From: Planctomycetota bacterium
GTDB taxonomy: Bacteria > Planctomycetota > JACQVV01
DNA: 56,193 bases
Reading direction: 5' to 3'
Assembly: GCA_016209595.1 (NCBI GenBank)
Contig: JACQVV010000299.1
Coordinates: forward strand, 1 to 56,193
Made by a program: the position numbers and the translations under genes. The notes under the pieces were generated by a model. That model had not been told where the DNA came from, ran no database searches, and was given only the letters and a program-made list of their open reading frames with translations. This document shows, in pieces, positions 26,011 through 35,998 of the stretch. The stretch's first letter is position 1. Every line of letters starts with the position of its first letter.

Positions 26011-27164
26011 AACCCGTTCGCGTGCTCCTGGCGATCGACAGCCTTCGCGCCGGCGGCGCGGAGCGGCAGTTCGCCGAGCTCGTGCGGCGGCTCGATCCGG
26101 AACGCGTCCGGGCGTCGGTCCTCCTCACGACGGGCGGCGGCCCCCTTCTCGATCTCGTCCCGGCCGACCGGCTGGAAACGACGGTCGTGCTCCAGAAGCA
26201 CGGTCCGCTCGACCTCCCCCGCCTCGCGCTGGCGGTCCGGCGCGAGATCGCCCGGCTTCGCCCAGACGTGGTCCACGCCTGGCTCTGGCAGACGAGTGTT
26301 CTGGCTGCCCTGGCGCTGGCTGGCACGACGAGAGCGAACGGCCCGCGGTTCGTCGTCGGACAGAGAGTCGCTTACGACCGGATGTTCGCCGAGGACGGGC
26401 TCGCGGGCTGGGTCAGGAGGCCGTTCACGGCCTATCGCGACCGCCGCGCCGACCTCGTGCTCGTCAACGCCCGGCTCCTCGAGCGCCGCCTGGCCGCGCG
26501 ACTGCCGGGCGGATCCACCAGGGTCCGGTGGATCCCGAACGGGATCGACGTCGAGCGGGTCCGCCCGCGGGAGACCCCGATGGAGCACGATCTCTGCGCC
26601 ATCGGCCGCCTCGCTCCGCAGAAAGGGTTCGACGTCCTTCTCGAGGCCCTCGCGATCCTGTCGCGTCCGGACGCCCGCGTCCCGCGCCTGGCCGTCGCGG
26701 GGGACGGCCCCATGCGGGAGTCACTCGTCCGGCGTGCCGCCGAGCTGGGCCTCGTGGACCGAGTCGACTTCCTCGGTTTCGTCGGCGACCCGCTGGATCG
26801 CATCTCCCGAGCGAGAGCGCTCGTCCTTCCCTCGCGGTACGAAGGGTCTCCCAACGCCGTCCTGGAGGCGATGGCCCTGGCTCGGCCCGTCGTCGCGAGC
26901 GCGGTCGACGGTGTGCTGGACCTCGTCCGGGACGGCGAGACCGGCTTCCTCGTCCCGCCCGAGGATCCGCGCGCCCTCGCCGAGGCGATCGCCCGGCTCC
27001 TGGCGGACCCCCAGCGCGCCGAGGAGATGGGCCGTACCGGACGCGCGCGCGCGGAGCGAGCCTTCTCGATCGGCGGAATCGTCGAGGCCTACGCTCGCGT
27101 CTACGAAACTCTCGCGGCGAGCGGAGCGGAAGCGGACCGTTCCGTCTTCCGGACGACCTGGTAG
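26007..27164 (+). CDS. Glycosyltransferase family 4
   Basis: GGAERQ, IPNGID, IGRLAPQKG, PSRYEGSPNAVLEAMA; GTGA overlap with the E1 gene. Confidence 0.92.
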   Translation: MKPVRVLLAIDSLRAGGAERQFAELVRRLDPERVRASVLLTTGGGPLLDLVPADRLETTVVLQKHGPLDLPRLALAVRREIARLRPDVVHAWLWQTSVLAALALAGTTRANGPRFVVGQRVAYDRMFAEDGLAGWVRRPFTAYRDRRADLVLVNARLLERRLAARLPGGSTRVRWIPNGIDVERVRPRETPMEHDLCAIGRLAPQKGFDVLLEALAILSRPDARVPRLAVAGDGPMRESLVRRAAELGLVDRVDFLGFVGDPLDRISRARALVLPSRYEGSPNAVLEAMALARPVVASAVDGVLDLVRDGETGFLVPPEDPRALAEAIARLLADPQRAEEMGRTGRARAERAFSIGGIVEAYARVYETLAASGAEADRSVFRTTW

Positions 27165-28672
27165 TCCAGGAGCTTGAGCTCCCGGTCCGGGCCGTGCACG
27201 ACCCGTGGCCACCGGTCGCGCGCGTGGTACCTCGCGGGGATCGCCTCCCGGTTGGTCGGCGTCAGGAAGAGCCACTTGAAGAAGTAGTAGGCGTCCCAGA
27301 AGAACTCGCCCGTCCGGATGCCGTGCAGCACCCTGCGGAAGATGAACCGCGGGTTCAGCGTGATGGCGCGCCGGTACGCGACCTTCATCAGGGCGAGGAC
27401 GGTCCCGTAGTCGAGGTTGGGGTGGGCGAAGAGCGGCCGCTCCGTGTAGACGTGGTAGTCGTCCCAGTCGTACGACCGGACGAGCCCCCTCTCGTGATAG
27501 GAGCGGAACATCGGCGTCCCCGGGAACGCGACCGTGATGCCGAACTTCAGCATGTCCACCGGGAGCTTCCGGGCGAACTCGATCGTCTCGAGCATCGTCT
27601 GCTCGGTGTCCGAGGAGAGGCCGAGCAGGAAGAAGCCGCACGTGTCGATCCCGGCCTCGCGGGCAAGACGGACGGCCTCCCGGCCCTGCTGGACCGTCGC
27701 CCGGCCCCCCTTGCCGAAGAGCTTCAGGACCTCGTCGTTTCCCGACTCGAAACCGAAGGAGACGCGGTAGCAGCCGGCCTTGCGCAGCTTCCTGAAGAGG
27801 TCGAGATCCGCGCTCTCCACCCGGATGCCGTTCTGGCAGGTCCACGCCATGTCGATCCCGGTTGCGGTGATCGCCTCGCAGACCTCTCCCGCCCACTGCT
27901 GATCGGACGTGAAGATATCGTCGGCGAGGAGGAACTCGCGGAAGCCGAGCTCGTGCATCCGCCGCACCTCGTCGGCGCAGCGCCTGGGAGACTTCTTGCG
28001 GTAGCCCAGGGCCATCGTGATCTTGCTCGCGCAGTAGTCGCATTTGAAGACGCAACCGCGCGAGAACTCGGCCATCGTGCTGGGCGGCCGGCGGCAGAGG
28101 AGTCGGGACATGTGCTTCGCGTACACCCTGGGGTCGTAGAGCTCCCAGGCGGGGAATGGGAGCTCGTCCAGGTCGTGGATCGGCTCGCGGCGCCCCGTGG
28201 TCGCGATGCCCTCGCCGTCCCGGTAGTAGATCCCCGGGACGTCCCTCCGCGGACGACCGTCGCAGAGATCCGCGAAAGAAAAATCCCCCTCCCCCACGCA
28301 CACGGCGTCGAGTCGCGACTCGAGCATCGTCTCTTCCGGCAGCGCGGACGGGTGCGGTCCGCCGCCCACGACGAGGATGTTCGGAGAGAGCTCCTTCACC
28401 AGGACGCTGATGTCGCGGAGCTGGTTCATGAGGGGCGTCGTCGCCGTGACACCCACGACGTCCGGCGAGAGGGAGAGGATCCGTCCCTTCACCTCCTCGA
28501 AGTCATACTGGCGCCAGGACATGTCGAGGATCTCGACCCGGTGTCCGCGGCTCATGGCGACGGCGGCGATCGTGGCGAGCCCAAGCGTCGGGTGGATCGG
28601 GTTGACGATCGACGCCTTCGCGCTTCCGTAGCTTCCCTGATAGGAAGGATTGACGAGGAGGACGGTCGCCAT
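27101..28672 (-). CDS. B12-binding radical SAM protein
   Basis: LGLATIAA, VGGGPHPS, VCVGEGD, SRGCVFKCDYC (CxxxCxxC), GFESGN, FPGTPMF. Confidence 0.92.
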   Translation of the reverse strand: MATVLLVNPSYQGSYGSAKASIVNPIHPTLGLATIAAVAMSRGHRVEILDMSWRQYDFEEVKGRILSLSPDVVGVTATTPLMNQLRDISVLVKELSPNILVVGGGPHPSALPEETMLESRLDAVCVGEGDFSFADLCDGRPRRDVPGIYYRDGEGIATTGRREPIHDLDELPFPAWELYDPRVYAKHMSRLLCRRPPSTMAEFSRGCVFKCDYCASKITMALGYRKKSPRRCADEVRRMHELGFREFLLADDIFTSDQQWAGEVCEAITATGIDMAWTCQNGIRVESADLDLFRKLRKAGCYRVSFGFESGNDEVLKLFGKGGRATVQQGREAVRLAREAGIDTCGFFLLGLSSDTEQTMLETIEFARKLPVDMLKFGITVAFPGTPMFRSYHERGLVRSYDWDDYHVYTERPLFAHPNLDYGTVLALMKVAYRRAITLNPRFIFRRVLHGIRTGEFFWDAYYFFKWLFLTPTNREAIPARYHARDRWPRVVHGPDRELKLLDYQVVRKTERSASAPLAARVS

Positions 28673-28857
28673 TCGGCTCTCGGGTGGGGATCGCAAGATG
28701 CTACGGCTTCGAGAGTCGCCGGTCAACCCGAACGTAACCACATGGGTCCAGTATGCCGAGTTGATGGCCCGCGAACGATCGTATATCCTGTGCGCCTTTC
28801 GTGGACGCCCTCCGCGTGCCGCGAGCCCGTCCGCACTGGAGTCCCCCTGCTCGCATC

Positions 28858-30066
28858 GTGAAGATCCACCACATGAAATGGGTCGACCGAGTGGTCGGCC
28901 CCATCCTCTGCATCGCGCTGCAGCCGTGGCGCGTTCTCTCGCGTCGCTTTGGACGGCGGGGCTGCGCGGGTAGCGAGGTACGCGAGATCCTCGTGATCAA
29001 GTTCTGGGGGATGGGGTCGATCGTTCTTGCGACACCCCTCCTCGCAGCGATCCGCCGGAACTATCCCGGGGCGAGGGTCACGGTCCTCACCTTCTCTTCG
29101 AACGTCCCCATCTTCCGCGCGTTCGGGATCGGGAACCGCTTCTACGACCTCACGATCCGGGGTCCCGTCCGCTTCCTGTTCCAGTTCGTGCGCATGGTCT
29201 GGTTCCTGCGCCGCGGCCGATTCGACCTCGTCTTCGACCTGGAGTTCTTCACGCGGTTCACGGCGATACTCGCGTTCATCGCCGGGGGCCAGAGGAGCGT
29301 CGGCTACGAGGCCACGCATTTCTGGAAGGGAAACTTCTACGGGAGAAGCGCCCACTTCAACCTCTACCGCCACATCGTCGACAACTTCAACGAGCTCGGA
29401 CGGACGGCGGGGATCGAGGTCGGGAAGGGCGGACTTGATCCCATGCCGATCCCCTCCGACGTGGCCGGGAAGGTCGCGGCGCTCCTCCGCGAGGCGGGTC
29501 TTGACGACCGCCGCTTCGTCGTCCTCAATCCCAACGCCGGCCCCCTCGCCCTGGAACGGCGCTGGCCCGCCGGACGCTTCGTCGAGCTCGCCCGGCGGAT
29601 CCGCGACGAGGGCGGACTCGACGTGGTGCTGGTGGGAGCCCCGGACGAAGAGGAATACGTCCGAGGCATCCACGGCGAAATCGGGCGGGAACGCGTCCAC
29701 AACCTCGCCGGCCGGCTCTCGGTCCCGGAACTCGCCGCCCTCTTGGCGAGGAGCGCGGCCCTGGTCTCGAGCGACAGCGGGCCGCTCCACCTCGCGACGG
29801 CCATGCGGGTCCCCACGGTCTCCCTCTTCGGGCCGGAGACACCGGTTCTCTACGGCCCCCGAGGCGAGGGCCACGAGATCCTCTTCAGGAACCTGCCCTG
29901 CAGTCCGTGCATGAACGTGTACAACGCGAAGACCGTGATCTGCCCGTACGAGGTCCGCTGCATCCGCGAAATCGGGGCCCAGGAGGTCCATGAGCGACTC
30001 CTCCGCGTCCTCGCACGGGAGACCGCGGTGCGGAGCCTGGTGGCCGTGGGATCGGAGAGTCCATGA
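28858..30066 (+). CDS. Glycosyltransferase family 9 (heptosyltransferase-like)
   Basis: FWGMGSIVLATP, RRWPAGRF, VSSDSGPLHLA, LFGPE, CSPC. Start uncertain. Confidence 0.88.
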   Translation: MKIHHMKWVDRVVGPILCIALQPWRVLSRRFGRRGCAGSEVREILVIKFWGMGSIVLATPLLAAIRRNYPGARVTVLTFSSNVPIFRAFGIGNRFYDLTIRGPVRFLFQFVRMVWFLRRGRFDLVFDLEFFTRFTAILAFIAGGQRSVGYEATHFWKGNFYGRSAHFNLYRHIVDNFNELGRTAGIEVGKGGLDPMPIPSDVAGKVAALLREAGLDDRRFVVLNPNAGPLALERRWPAGRFVELARRIRDEGGLDVVLVGAPDEEEYVRGIHGEIGRERVHNLAGRLSVPELAALLARSAALVSSDSGPLHLATAMRVPTVSLFGPETPVLYGPRGEGHEILFRNLPCSPCMNVYNAKTVICPYEVRCIREIGAQEVHERLLRVLARETAVRSLVAVGSESP

Positions 30067-30824
30067 GCGGCGCCCTGCCGGAGCGCCCTTCGAGAGCGGA
30101 CCTCGAGCGGGAGCACTTCGACCGGATGGCCCCCCACTTCGACGAGGTCCACCGGCACGAACGCCCATCGGGGCGCGCGCGGATCGACCGGCGGATCCGG
30201 CTGTTCCGCGAGGCCCTGGGAACGTCGGACGCGCTGGACATCCTGGAGATCGGCTGCGGGACCGGCGCCTACTCCGAGAGGATCGCCGTGGAGATCCCCT
30301 TCCGGCGCCTCGTTTGCACCGACATCTCGGCGAAGGCGCTGTCGATCGCACGGACGAAGGTCCCGGACTCGCGGGTCGAGTTCAGGCAAGAGGACCTCAT
30401 GCGGAGCTCGCTCAGCGATGGCGAGTTCGGCGCCGTCCTCGGGAACTCGATCCTCCATCACCTCGACCTGGCGCGAGCCCTTGCCGAACTCCGCCGGATC
30501 CTCGTTCCCGGAGGGCTCCTCGTCCTGTCCGAGCCGAACATGGTCAACCCCCAGGTCTTCCTGACGAAGAAGATCCCCTTCCTCAAGCGGCGGGTCGGGG
30601 ACACTCCCGAGGAGACCGCCTTCGTGCGCTGGACGCTTCCCGCCCGCCTCCGGGAGGCCGGCTTCGAGCCCCTCTCGATCCGCCCCTTCGACTTCCTCCA
30701 CCCCTGGACGCCCGCCCCGCTCGTCGGGCTGGTCTCGGCCGTCGGAAGGGTTTGCGAGCGGGCCCCGGTCGTGCGCGAGATCGCCGGATCCCTCCTGATC
30801 GTCGCGCGGAGCCCCGAGAAGTGA
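30063..30824 (+). CDS. Class I SAM-dependent methyltransferase
   Basis: ILEIGCGTG, CTDIS, ILHHL, LVPGG, SEPN. Confidence 0.88.
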   Translation: MSGALPERPSRADLEREHFDRMAPHFDEVHRHERPSGRARIDRRIRLFREALGTSDALDILEIGCGTGAYSERIAVEIPFRRLVCTDISAKALSIARTKVPDSRVEFRQEDLMRSSLSDGEFGAVLGNSILHHLDLARALAELRRILVPGGLLVLSEPNMVNPQVFLTKKIPFLKRRVGDTPEETAFVRWTLPARLREAGFEPLSIRPFDFLHPWTPAPLVGLVSAVGRVCERAPVVREIAGSLLIVARSPEK

Positions 30825-32299
30825 TCGGGACCGCGGCGGCCCCGGCCGCCCCGCCCGGCCTCCTGCGGGCCGCGCTTCTGGTTTTCGTCGTGGCCTTCGG
30901 CGCCCGCGCCGCCTCGATCGCCTTCTACGTCTCCCGTTACGATCGCGACGAGAGGGTCCCGCAGTGCACGTGCGGGAAGCACCTCCCCAACCACGCAATG
31001 GTGAAGGGGGACGAGCTCAAGTACTACCACACCGCGGTCGGCATCCTCCGCGACGTGCGCGAGGGGAGGAGCCCCTGGACCACCGGCGGCGCGCACGACG
31101 GCCCGTGGGTCTTCCCGAGGGTCCTCGCCCTCTACGGGTTCGCGACCGGCAGGATCCGCCTCGACGAGCGCGGAGTGCCACCCTCGGGAGAGATCGAGGG
31201 ATTCCTTTATCTTCATGCCTTCTTCTTCGCGCTCGCCCTGATCCCTTTCCTCGCCGCGCTCCGCCGCGCCGTCGGACCCGCCGTGGCGCTCGGCGCCGCG
31301 CTCTTCCTCGCGCTGGAGCCCACGCTCGTCCAGTATTCCGCGAGGCTCCTCTCCGAGACGCTCTTCTTCGCCTTTCTCGCCCTCACGGTCGCTTTCTGGC
31401 TCCACGCGATCCGGCTCGACCCGGGGCGCGGCCGCCTCCGGTTCGTCCTGACGTGGGTCGCCTTCGGGGTCCTCCTGGGCCTCGACTTCCTCAACCGGCC
31501 GATCTCGATCTGGCTCGGCCTCCCGCTCGCCCTCGCGCGCTTCGTGCCATGGCCCCGCGGCCGTGTCCGGGCCGCCTTTCTCTCGGTCGCCCTCTTCTTC
31601 GCCGCCTATGCCGCGGTTCTGGGCACGGTGGGCCTCCAGAACTACGCTCGTTCGGGTGTCTTCTACGTGATGCCTCTCCAGGGGAGGCCCTCGCCGCTGC
31701 GGTACGGGGTCACCCAGGTCCTGGCAGACATGAAGGGTACCGACCCGATGGACGAGCGCCGCGCGCTGATGGAGGACGTGACGCGGGAGGCCGTGGAGGC
31801 GGGCGCGATCGACGGGGACGAGAACTGGACCGACAGGGAGCACATAGCCTTCGGGAGGATCTGCCAGGCGCGCGCCATGGAGTTCTTCCGGGAGCACCCG
31901 GGTCCAACAGCCCGCGTGTTCTCCCGGAACATCGTGAGCGCGCTCGGCGTGAACCCCTTCGACGTTCCCGAGCACTTCCGCCTCACGTACAAGCCGGAGG
32001 ACCGGGATCTCGCGGAGCGGCAGGTCCGCGACACGAAGCGCACGCGACCGATCAAGATCGCCTATTCGGTGCTGATCCTCGGGCCCGTCGCCCTCGGCTG
32101 GTTCCTCGCTCTCCGCGCGGGGAAGAACCCTGCCGGGATCCACTTCCTGCTCGTCCTCCTGATCTTGTACTTCCCCGGCGTCGCGGGATGGTTCGGAAAC
32201 CGGCGGCTCCTGCTTCCGAGCCTCATTCCCTACTCCGTGTTCTGGGCCTGGGCCGTGGTCGCGATTCTGCGGCGCCGCCGGCCGCGGGGAGTTCCTTGA
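30821..32299 (+). CDS. Multi-pass GT-C-type membrane glycosyltransferase (ArnT/PMT-like)
   Basis: Many TM segments; GDELKYY, LLSETLF, LNRP, terminal NRRLLLP. Confidence 0.65.
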   Translation: MIGTAAAPAAPPGLLRAALLVFVVAFGARAASIAFYVSRYDRDERVPQCTCGKHLPNHAMVKGDELKYYHTAVGILRDVREGRSPWTTGGAHDGPWVFPRVLALYGFATGRIRLDERGVPPSGEIEGFLYLHAFFFALALIPFLAALRRAVGPAVALGAALFLALEPTLVQYSARLLSETLFFAFLALTVAFWLHAIRLDPGRGRLRFVLTWVAFGVLLGLDFLNRPISIWLGLPLALARFVPWPRGRVRAAFLSVALFFAAYAAVLGTVGLQNYARSGVFYVMPLQGRPSPLRYGVTQVLADMKGTDPMDERRALMEDVTREAVEAGAIDGDENWTDREHIAFGRICQARAMEFFREHPGPTARVFSRNIVSALGVNPFDVPEHFRLTYKPEDRDLAERQVRDTKRTRPIKIAYSVLILGPVALGWFLALRAGKNPAGIHFLLVLLILYFPGVAGWFGNRRLLLPSLIPYSVFWAWAVVAILRRRRPRGVP

Positions 32300-32333
32300 C
32301 AGGCTGCCCCGAGGCGCCAAGATTCCATTCGCC

Positions 32334-32948
32334 ATGATCGCGATCGTCGACTACGGGCTGGGCAATCTCTCCTCCGTCGCCGGGGTGGTCGAGCGGCTCG
32401 GGCACGAACCGCGGGTGACCAGCGACCCGGACGAGCTCGCCGCGGCGGAGAAGCTCATCCTGCCCGGGGTCGGGGCGTTCGGCGACGGAATGGCGAACCT
32501 CAGGCGCCTGGAACTGGTGGAGCCGCTCTCGCGGCTGGTCCTGGAGCAGGGCAAGCCGATCCTCGGGATCTGTCTCGGCGCCCAGCTCATGGCCGGCGAG
32601 AGCGAGGAATTCGGCCGCCACGAGGGGATGGGCTGGATCGACGCGAGGGTCATTCGGATCGAGACGGGCGATCCGTCGCTACGGGTCCCGCACGTCGGCT
32701 GGAACGACGTCGTCCACAAGCGGCCCTCCGTCCTCTTCCGGAACATCCCTCCGGACGCGCTCTTCTACTTCGTTCACAGCTATCATATCCGCTGCGCGGA
32801 CGAGAAGAGGATCGCCGGAGAGACCCTGTACGGCATCCCGATAGCGGCTGTGATCGAACAGGGGAACGTCTACGCCACCCAGTTCCACCCCGAGAAGAGC
32901 CAGCGCCACGGCCTGACGCTTCTGGGAAACTTCCTCGCGGCAGGATAG
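32334..32948 (+). CDS. hisH: HisH-like glutamine amidotransferase (glycan-cluster paralogue)
   Basis: IVDYGLGNL, LPGVGAF, GICLGAQL, PHVGWN, YFVHSY, QFHPEKS. Confidence 0.92.
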   Translation: MIAIVDYGLGNLSSVAGVVERLGHEPRVTSDPDELAAAEKLILPGVGAFGDGMANLRRLELVEPLSRLVLEQGKPILGICLGAQLMAGESEEFGRHEGMGWIDARVIRIETGDPSLRVPHVGWNDVVHKRPSVLFRNIPPDALFYFVHSYHIRCADEKRIAGETLYGIPIAAVIEQGNVYATQFHPEKSQRHGLTLLGNFLAAG

Positions 32949-32951
32949 CCG

Positions 32952-33698
32952 GTGCTCCGCCCCCGCCTGGTCACGGTCCTGACGATGAGCGACGGCGTTC
33001 TCTTCCGGACGAAGAGATTCCAACCCGACTACCGCTACACGCTCAACTTCGTGGACGCCTGGTCGGTGGACGAGATCGCCGTCCTGGACGTCACTCGACC
33101 GGGGAAGGGCTCGCGCGAGAACTTCCTGGAGGTCGTCCGCGGCTTCGCGCGGCGGTGCTTCGTTCCCCTCGCCGCGGGCGGCGGCGTCCGGACCCTGGAG
33201 GACGTCCAGATCCTCCTTCGATCGGGCGCCGACAAGGTCGTCGTGAATACGGCCGCCCTCGAGCGCCCGGAGTTCGTCACCGAGATCGCCACCGCGTACG
33301 GCTCCCAGTGCGCCGTGGTCTCGATCGACGCGGCCCGGCGCCCCGACGGCTCCTACGAGGCGTACGCCGGGTTCGGGTCGGCGCCGACCGGGCGGACGGT
33401 CGAAAGCTGGGCTCGCGAGGCCCAGGAGCGCGGCGCCGGCGAGATCCTCGTCACCTCGATCGAGCGCGACGGCTCGCTGGAGGGCTACGACCTTGACCTC
33501 TGCCGCCGGGTGGCGGACGCCGTACGGATCCCGGTCCTCGTCGCTGGAGGCGCCGGGAACTGGCAACATTTCGTGGACGGCTTCCAGAAGGGCGGCGCCT
33601 CGGCAGTCTGCACCGCGAACATCTTCCATTTCACGGAGCCCGCGATCGCGAGCGCGAAAAGACATCTTGCCAGCGCCGGGATCCCGGTGAGGATCTGA
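32952..33698 (+). CDS. hisF: HisF-like cyclase (glycan-cluster paralogue)
   Basis: FVPLAAGGGVR, GADKVVVNT, GAGEILVTSIERDG, AGGAG; divergent N-terminus. Confidence 0.88.
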   Translation: MLRPRLVTVLTMSDGVLFRTKRFQPDYRYTLNFVDAWSVDEIAVLDVTRPGKGSRENFLEVVRGFARRCFVPLAAGGGVRTLEDVQILLRSGADKVVVNTAALERPEFVTEIATAYGSQCAVVSIDAARRPDGSYEAYAGFGSAPTGRTVESWAREAQERGAGEILVTSIERDGSLEGYDLDLCRRVADAVRIPVLVAGGAGNWQHFVDGFQKGGASAVCTANIFHFTEPAIASAKRHLASAGIPVRI

Positions 33699-33702
33699 GG
33701 CC

Positions 33703-34821
33703 ATGCGCGAAGTCCGCTACTGTCGGACCTGCCTGATGCCCGACACCCGCCCTCGGATCGAATTCACGGCGGACGGGGTCTGCAACGCCTGCGTCCACGC
33801 CCAGGGGAAGAAGACGATCGACTGGAAAGCCCGCCGCCGGGAGTTCGAGGAGCTCGTCCTTCCTTATCGCTCCAGGAGTGGCTCGTGGGACGCGGTCGTA
33901 CCATGGTCGGGTGGCAAGGACTCGAGCTCGATCGCCTGGCGGCTGAAGTTCGAGTACGGCATGAACCCGCTGCTCGTCACGTTTTCGCCGCTCCTGCCCA
34001 ACGACGTCGGGAACCACAACCGCGAGCAGATGCTGCGCGCGGGGTTCGACCACGTGTTCTTCCGGCCGAACCAGAAGGTCCACCGGTTCCTTTCCCACCG
34101 CTTCTTCCGAGAGCGGGGCAACCCCAAGGTCGCCTGGGATGCCGGCGTCAACGCGATCCCGATCCAGGTGGCGGTCGGGTACGGCATCCCCCTCGTCTTC
34201 TACGCCGAGCACGGCGAGACCGAGTACGGCGGCAAGGTGCTGCACGAGGAGTCATCGAAGATCCGGGACTTCACGGAGGTGCTCGAGCACCAGGTCGGAG
34301 ACGACCCGAGGAACTGGGTGGACGGAGAGAACGTCCGGCTCGCCGACCTCAACCCGTACCTGTACCCGGACGCCCCGGCGATCGCCGAGACGGGCGTGAA
34401 GGCGCTCTACTTCGCCTGGTTCTTCCGCTGGAGCATGTTCGAGAACCACCAGTACATCCGCGAGCGGATCGATTTCCGCCCGCATCCGAAGGGGCGCACG
34501 CAGGGAACCTTCACCGACTTCGACAGCCTGGACGACAAGTCCGACGACCTCTATTACTACATGCAGTACGTCAAGTTCGGGTTCGGCCGGGCGGTCCGGG
34601 ACGCGAGCCGGATGATCCAGAACGGCCATCTCACGCGCGAGGAGGGCCTCGAGCTCGCCCGGAAGTACGACGGAGAGTTCCCTTCCGAGCACCTCGATGC
34701 GATGCTGGAGTATCTTTCGATGACCCGCGAGGAGTGCCTGGAGATCGTCGATCTCCACAGGAATCCCGAGATCTGGAAGAAGGAAGGCGGCGAGTGGACG
34801 CTCCGCCACCCTCTCCGATGA
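33703..34821 (+). CDS. N-acetyl sugar amidotransferase (WbuX/WbpG/PseA-like)
   Basis: CRTCLMPDTRP..GVCNAC, PP-loop SGGKDS, YYYMQYVKFGFGRA, TREEG. Confidence 0.92.
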   Translation: MREVRYCRTCLMPDTRPRIEFTADGVCNACVHAQGKKTIDWKARRREFEELVLPYRSRSGSWDAVVPWSGGKDSSSIAWRLKFEYGMNPLLVTFSPLLPNDVGNHNREQMLRAGFDHVFFRPNQKVHRFLSHRFFRERGNPKVAWDAGVNAIPIQVAVGYGIPLVFYAEHGETEYGGKVLHEESSKIRDFTEVLEHQVGDDPRNWVDGENVRLADLNPYLYPDAPAIAETGVKALYFAWFFRWSMFENHQYIRERIDFRPHPKGRTQGTFTDFDSLDDKSDDLYYYMQYVKFGFGRAVRDASRMIQNGHLTREEGLELARKYDGEFPSEHLDAMLEYLSMTREECLEIVDLHRNPEIWKKEGGEWTLRHPLR

Positions 34822-35678
34822 GCCTCCACCCCTGCGACCTCTGCGGCGAGACCCGGACGATCGAGGTCCCGCACTGCCGGGAGTACACCGGCGGCCAGCC
34901 GATCGACATCTGCGCGCGGTGCGGCTTCGTCTACGTTCGAGAGCGGCGATCGGCCCGCGAGATCGCCGAGACCTGGTCGAAGGAACTCTACGGGTCGGGC
35001 TACACCGCGCGCTGGCCCGCGGTGAAGGCGCGCCACGCCTACGTGGCCGAGTTCGCCGACGCTTCGATCGGGCTCGCCGGAAAAGCGCTCTGCGACATCG
35101 GAGCTGGCGAGGGGCAGTTCCTCGCGCTCGTTCGCGCCACGCCCTACGAGGCGAGGGTCTTCGGGATCGAACCCTCCGAGGCAAACGGACGGCTCCTCGC
35201 GGGTCTGGCGATCGAACACTTCACCGGGACGATCGAGGAGTACGTCGCCACTCGCCAGGGCGGCGACCCGTGCTTCGACGTGGTCACGATTCTCTGGACG
35301 CTGGAGAACTGCCAGTCGCTCCGAGCGATGCTCGCCACCGCGCACGATATCCTCGCCGGCGGGCGTCATGTCGTCGTCGCGACGGGCAGCCGGATCCTCG
35401 TCCCCTACAAAAAGCCGCTCCACTACTATCTAGGAAAAAACCCCGCCGACACCCACGCCTTCCGGTTCAGCGCGAACACCTTGCGGGGGGCGCTCGCGGT
35501 CTCGGGCTTCGAGACGGTCGAGATGAACCGCTTCATCGACAGCGATTACCTCTGCGCGATCGGAAGATGGGCGGACCGATCGAAGGAGATCCCCTGGCCG
35601 GGGGACGACCCCGAGGGTGTCGCCGATTTCTTCGCCCGCTGGCACGAGGACACCAGGCGCTTTTACGTTCATACTTGA
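34818..35678 (+). CDS. SAM methyltransferase with N-terminal Zn finger
   Basis: CDLCG..CARCG, LCDIGAGEG, GIEPS; ATGA overlap. Confidence 0.85.
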   Translation: MSLHPCDLCGETRTIEVPHCREYTGGQPIDICARCGFVYVRERRSAREIAETWSKELYGSGYTARWPAVKARHAYVAEFADASIGLAGKALCDIGAGEGQFLALVRATPYEARVFGIEPSEANGRLLAGLAIEHFTGTIEEYVATRQGGDPCFDVVTILWTLENCQSLRAMLATAHDILAGGRHVVVATGSRILVPYKKPLHYYLGKNPADTHAFRFSANTLRGALAVSGFETVEMNRFIDSDYLCAIGRWADRSKEIPWPGDDPEGVADFFARWHEDTRRFYVHT

Positions 35679-35998
35679 GAAACGGTTCGAGCGTCCGGCA
35701 AGGTCCATTGTGACCTCGAAGCGCTTGCTCTCTTGATGGCTGAGACGCCGAATGCTGGCGAAGGTCGAGACACACGTCTCGGTCCATTCGTTGAAGCCGA
35801 GGATGCGCATGACGACTCGGCCGCCGGTCCCCACAATCTGCACGGGGTTCTTCCTGGAGCACAACCACTTGTTCCGTGTGGCCTTCATCTTCACGCCCCC
35901 GAGGCGTGGCGGCGTCGACGCGCGGGCAATCCAACGGCTCTCCAGGCTGTCGAACGACTCCGCGATCCGCACAATTCCTTCGACAAGGGGGTGACAAG

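Noticed and set aside
32334-33698. Histidine biosynthesis operon
   Set aside because: No other his genes are present; the context is the known glycan amidotransferase triad.
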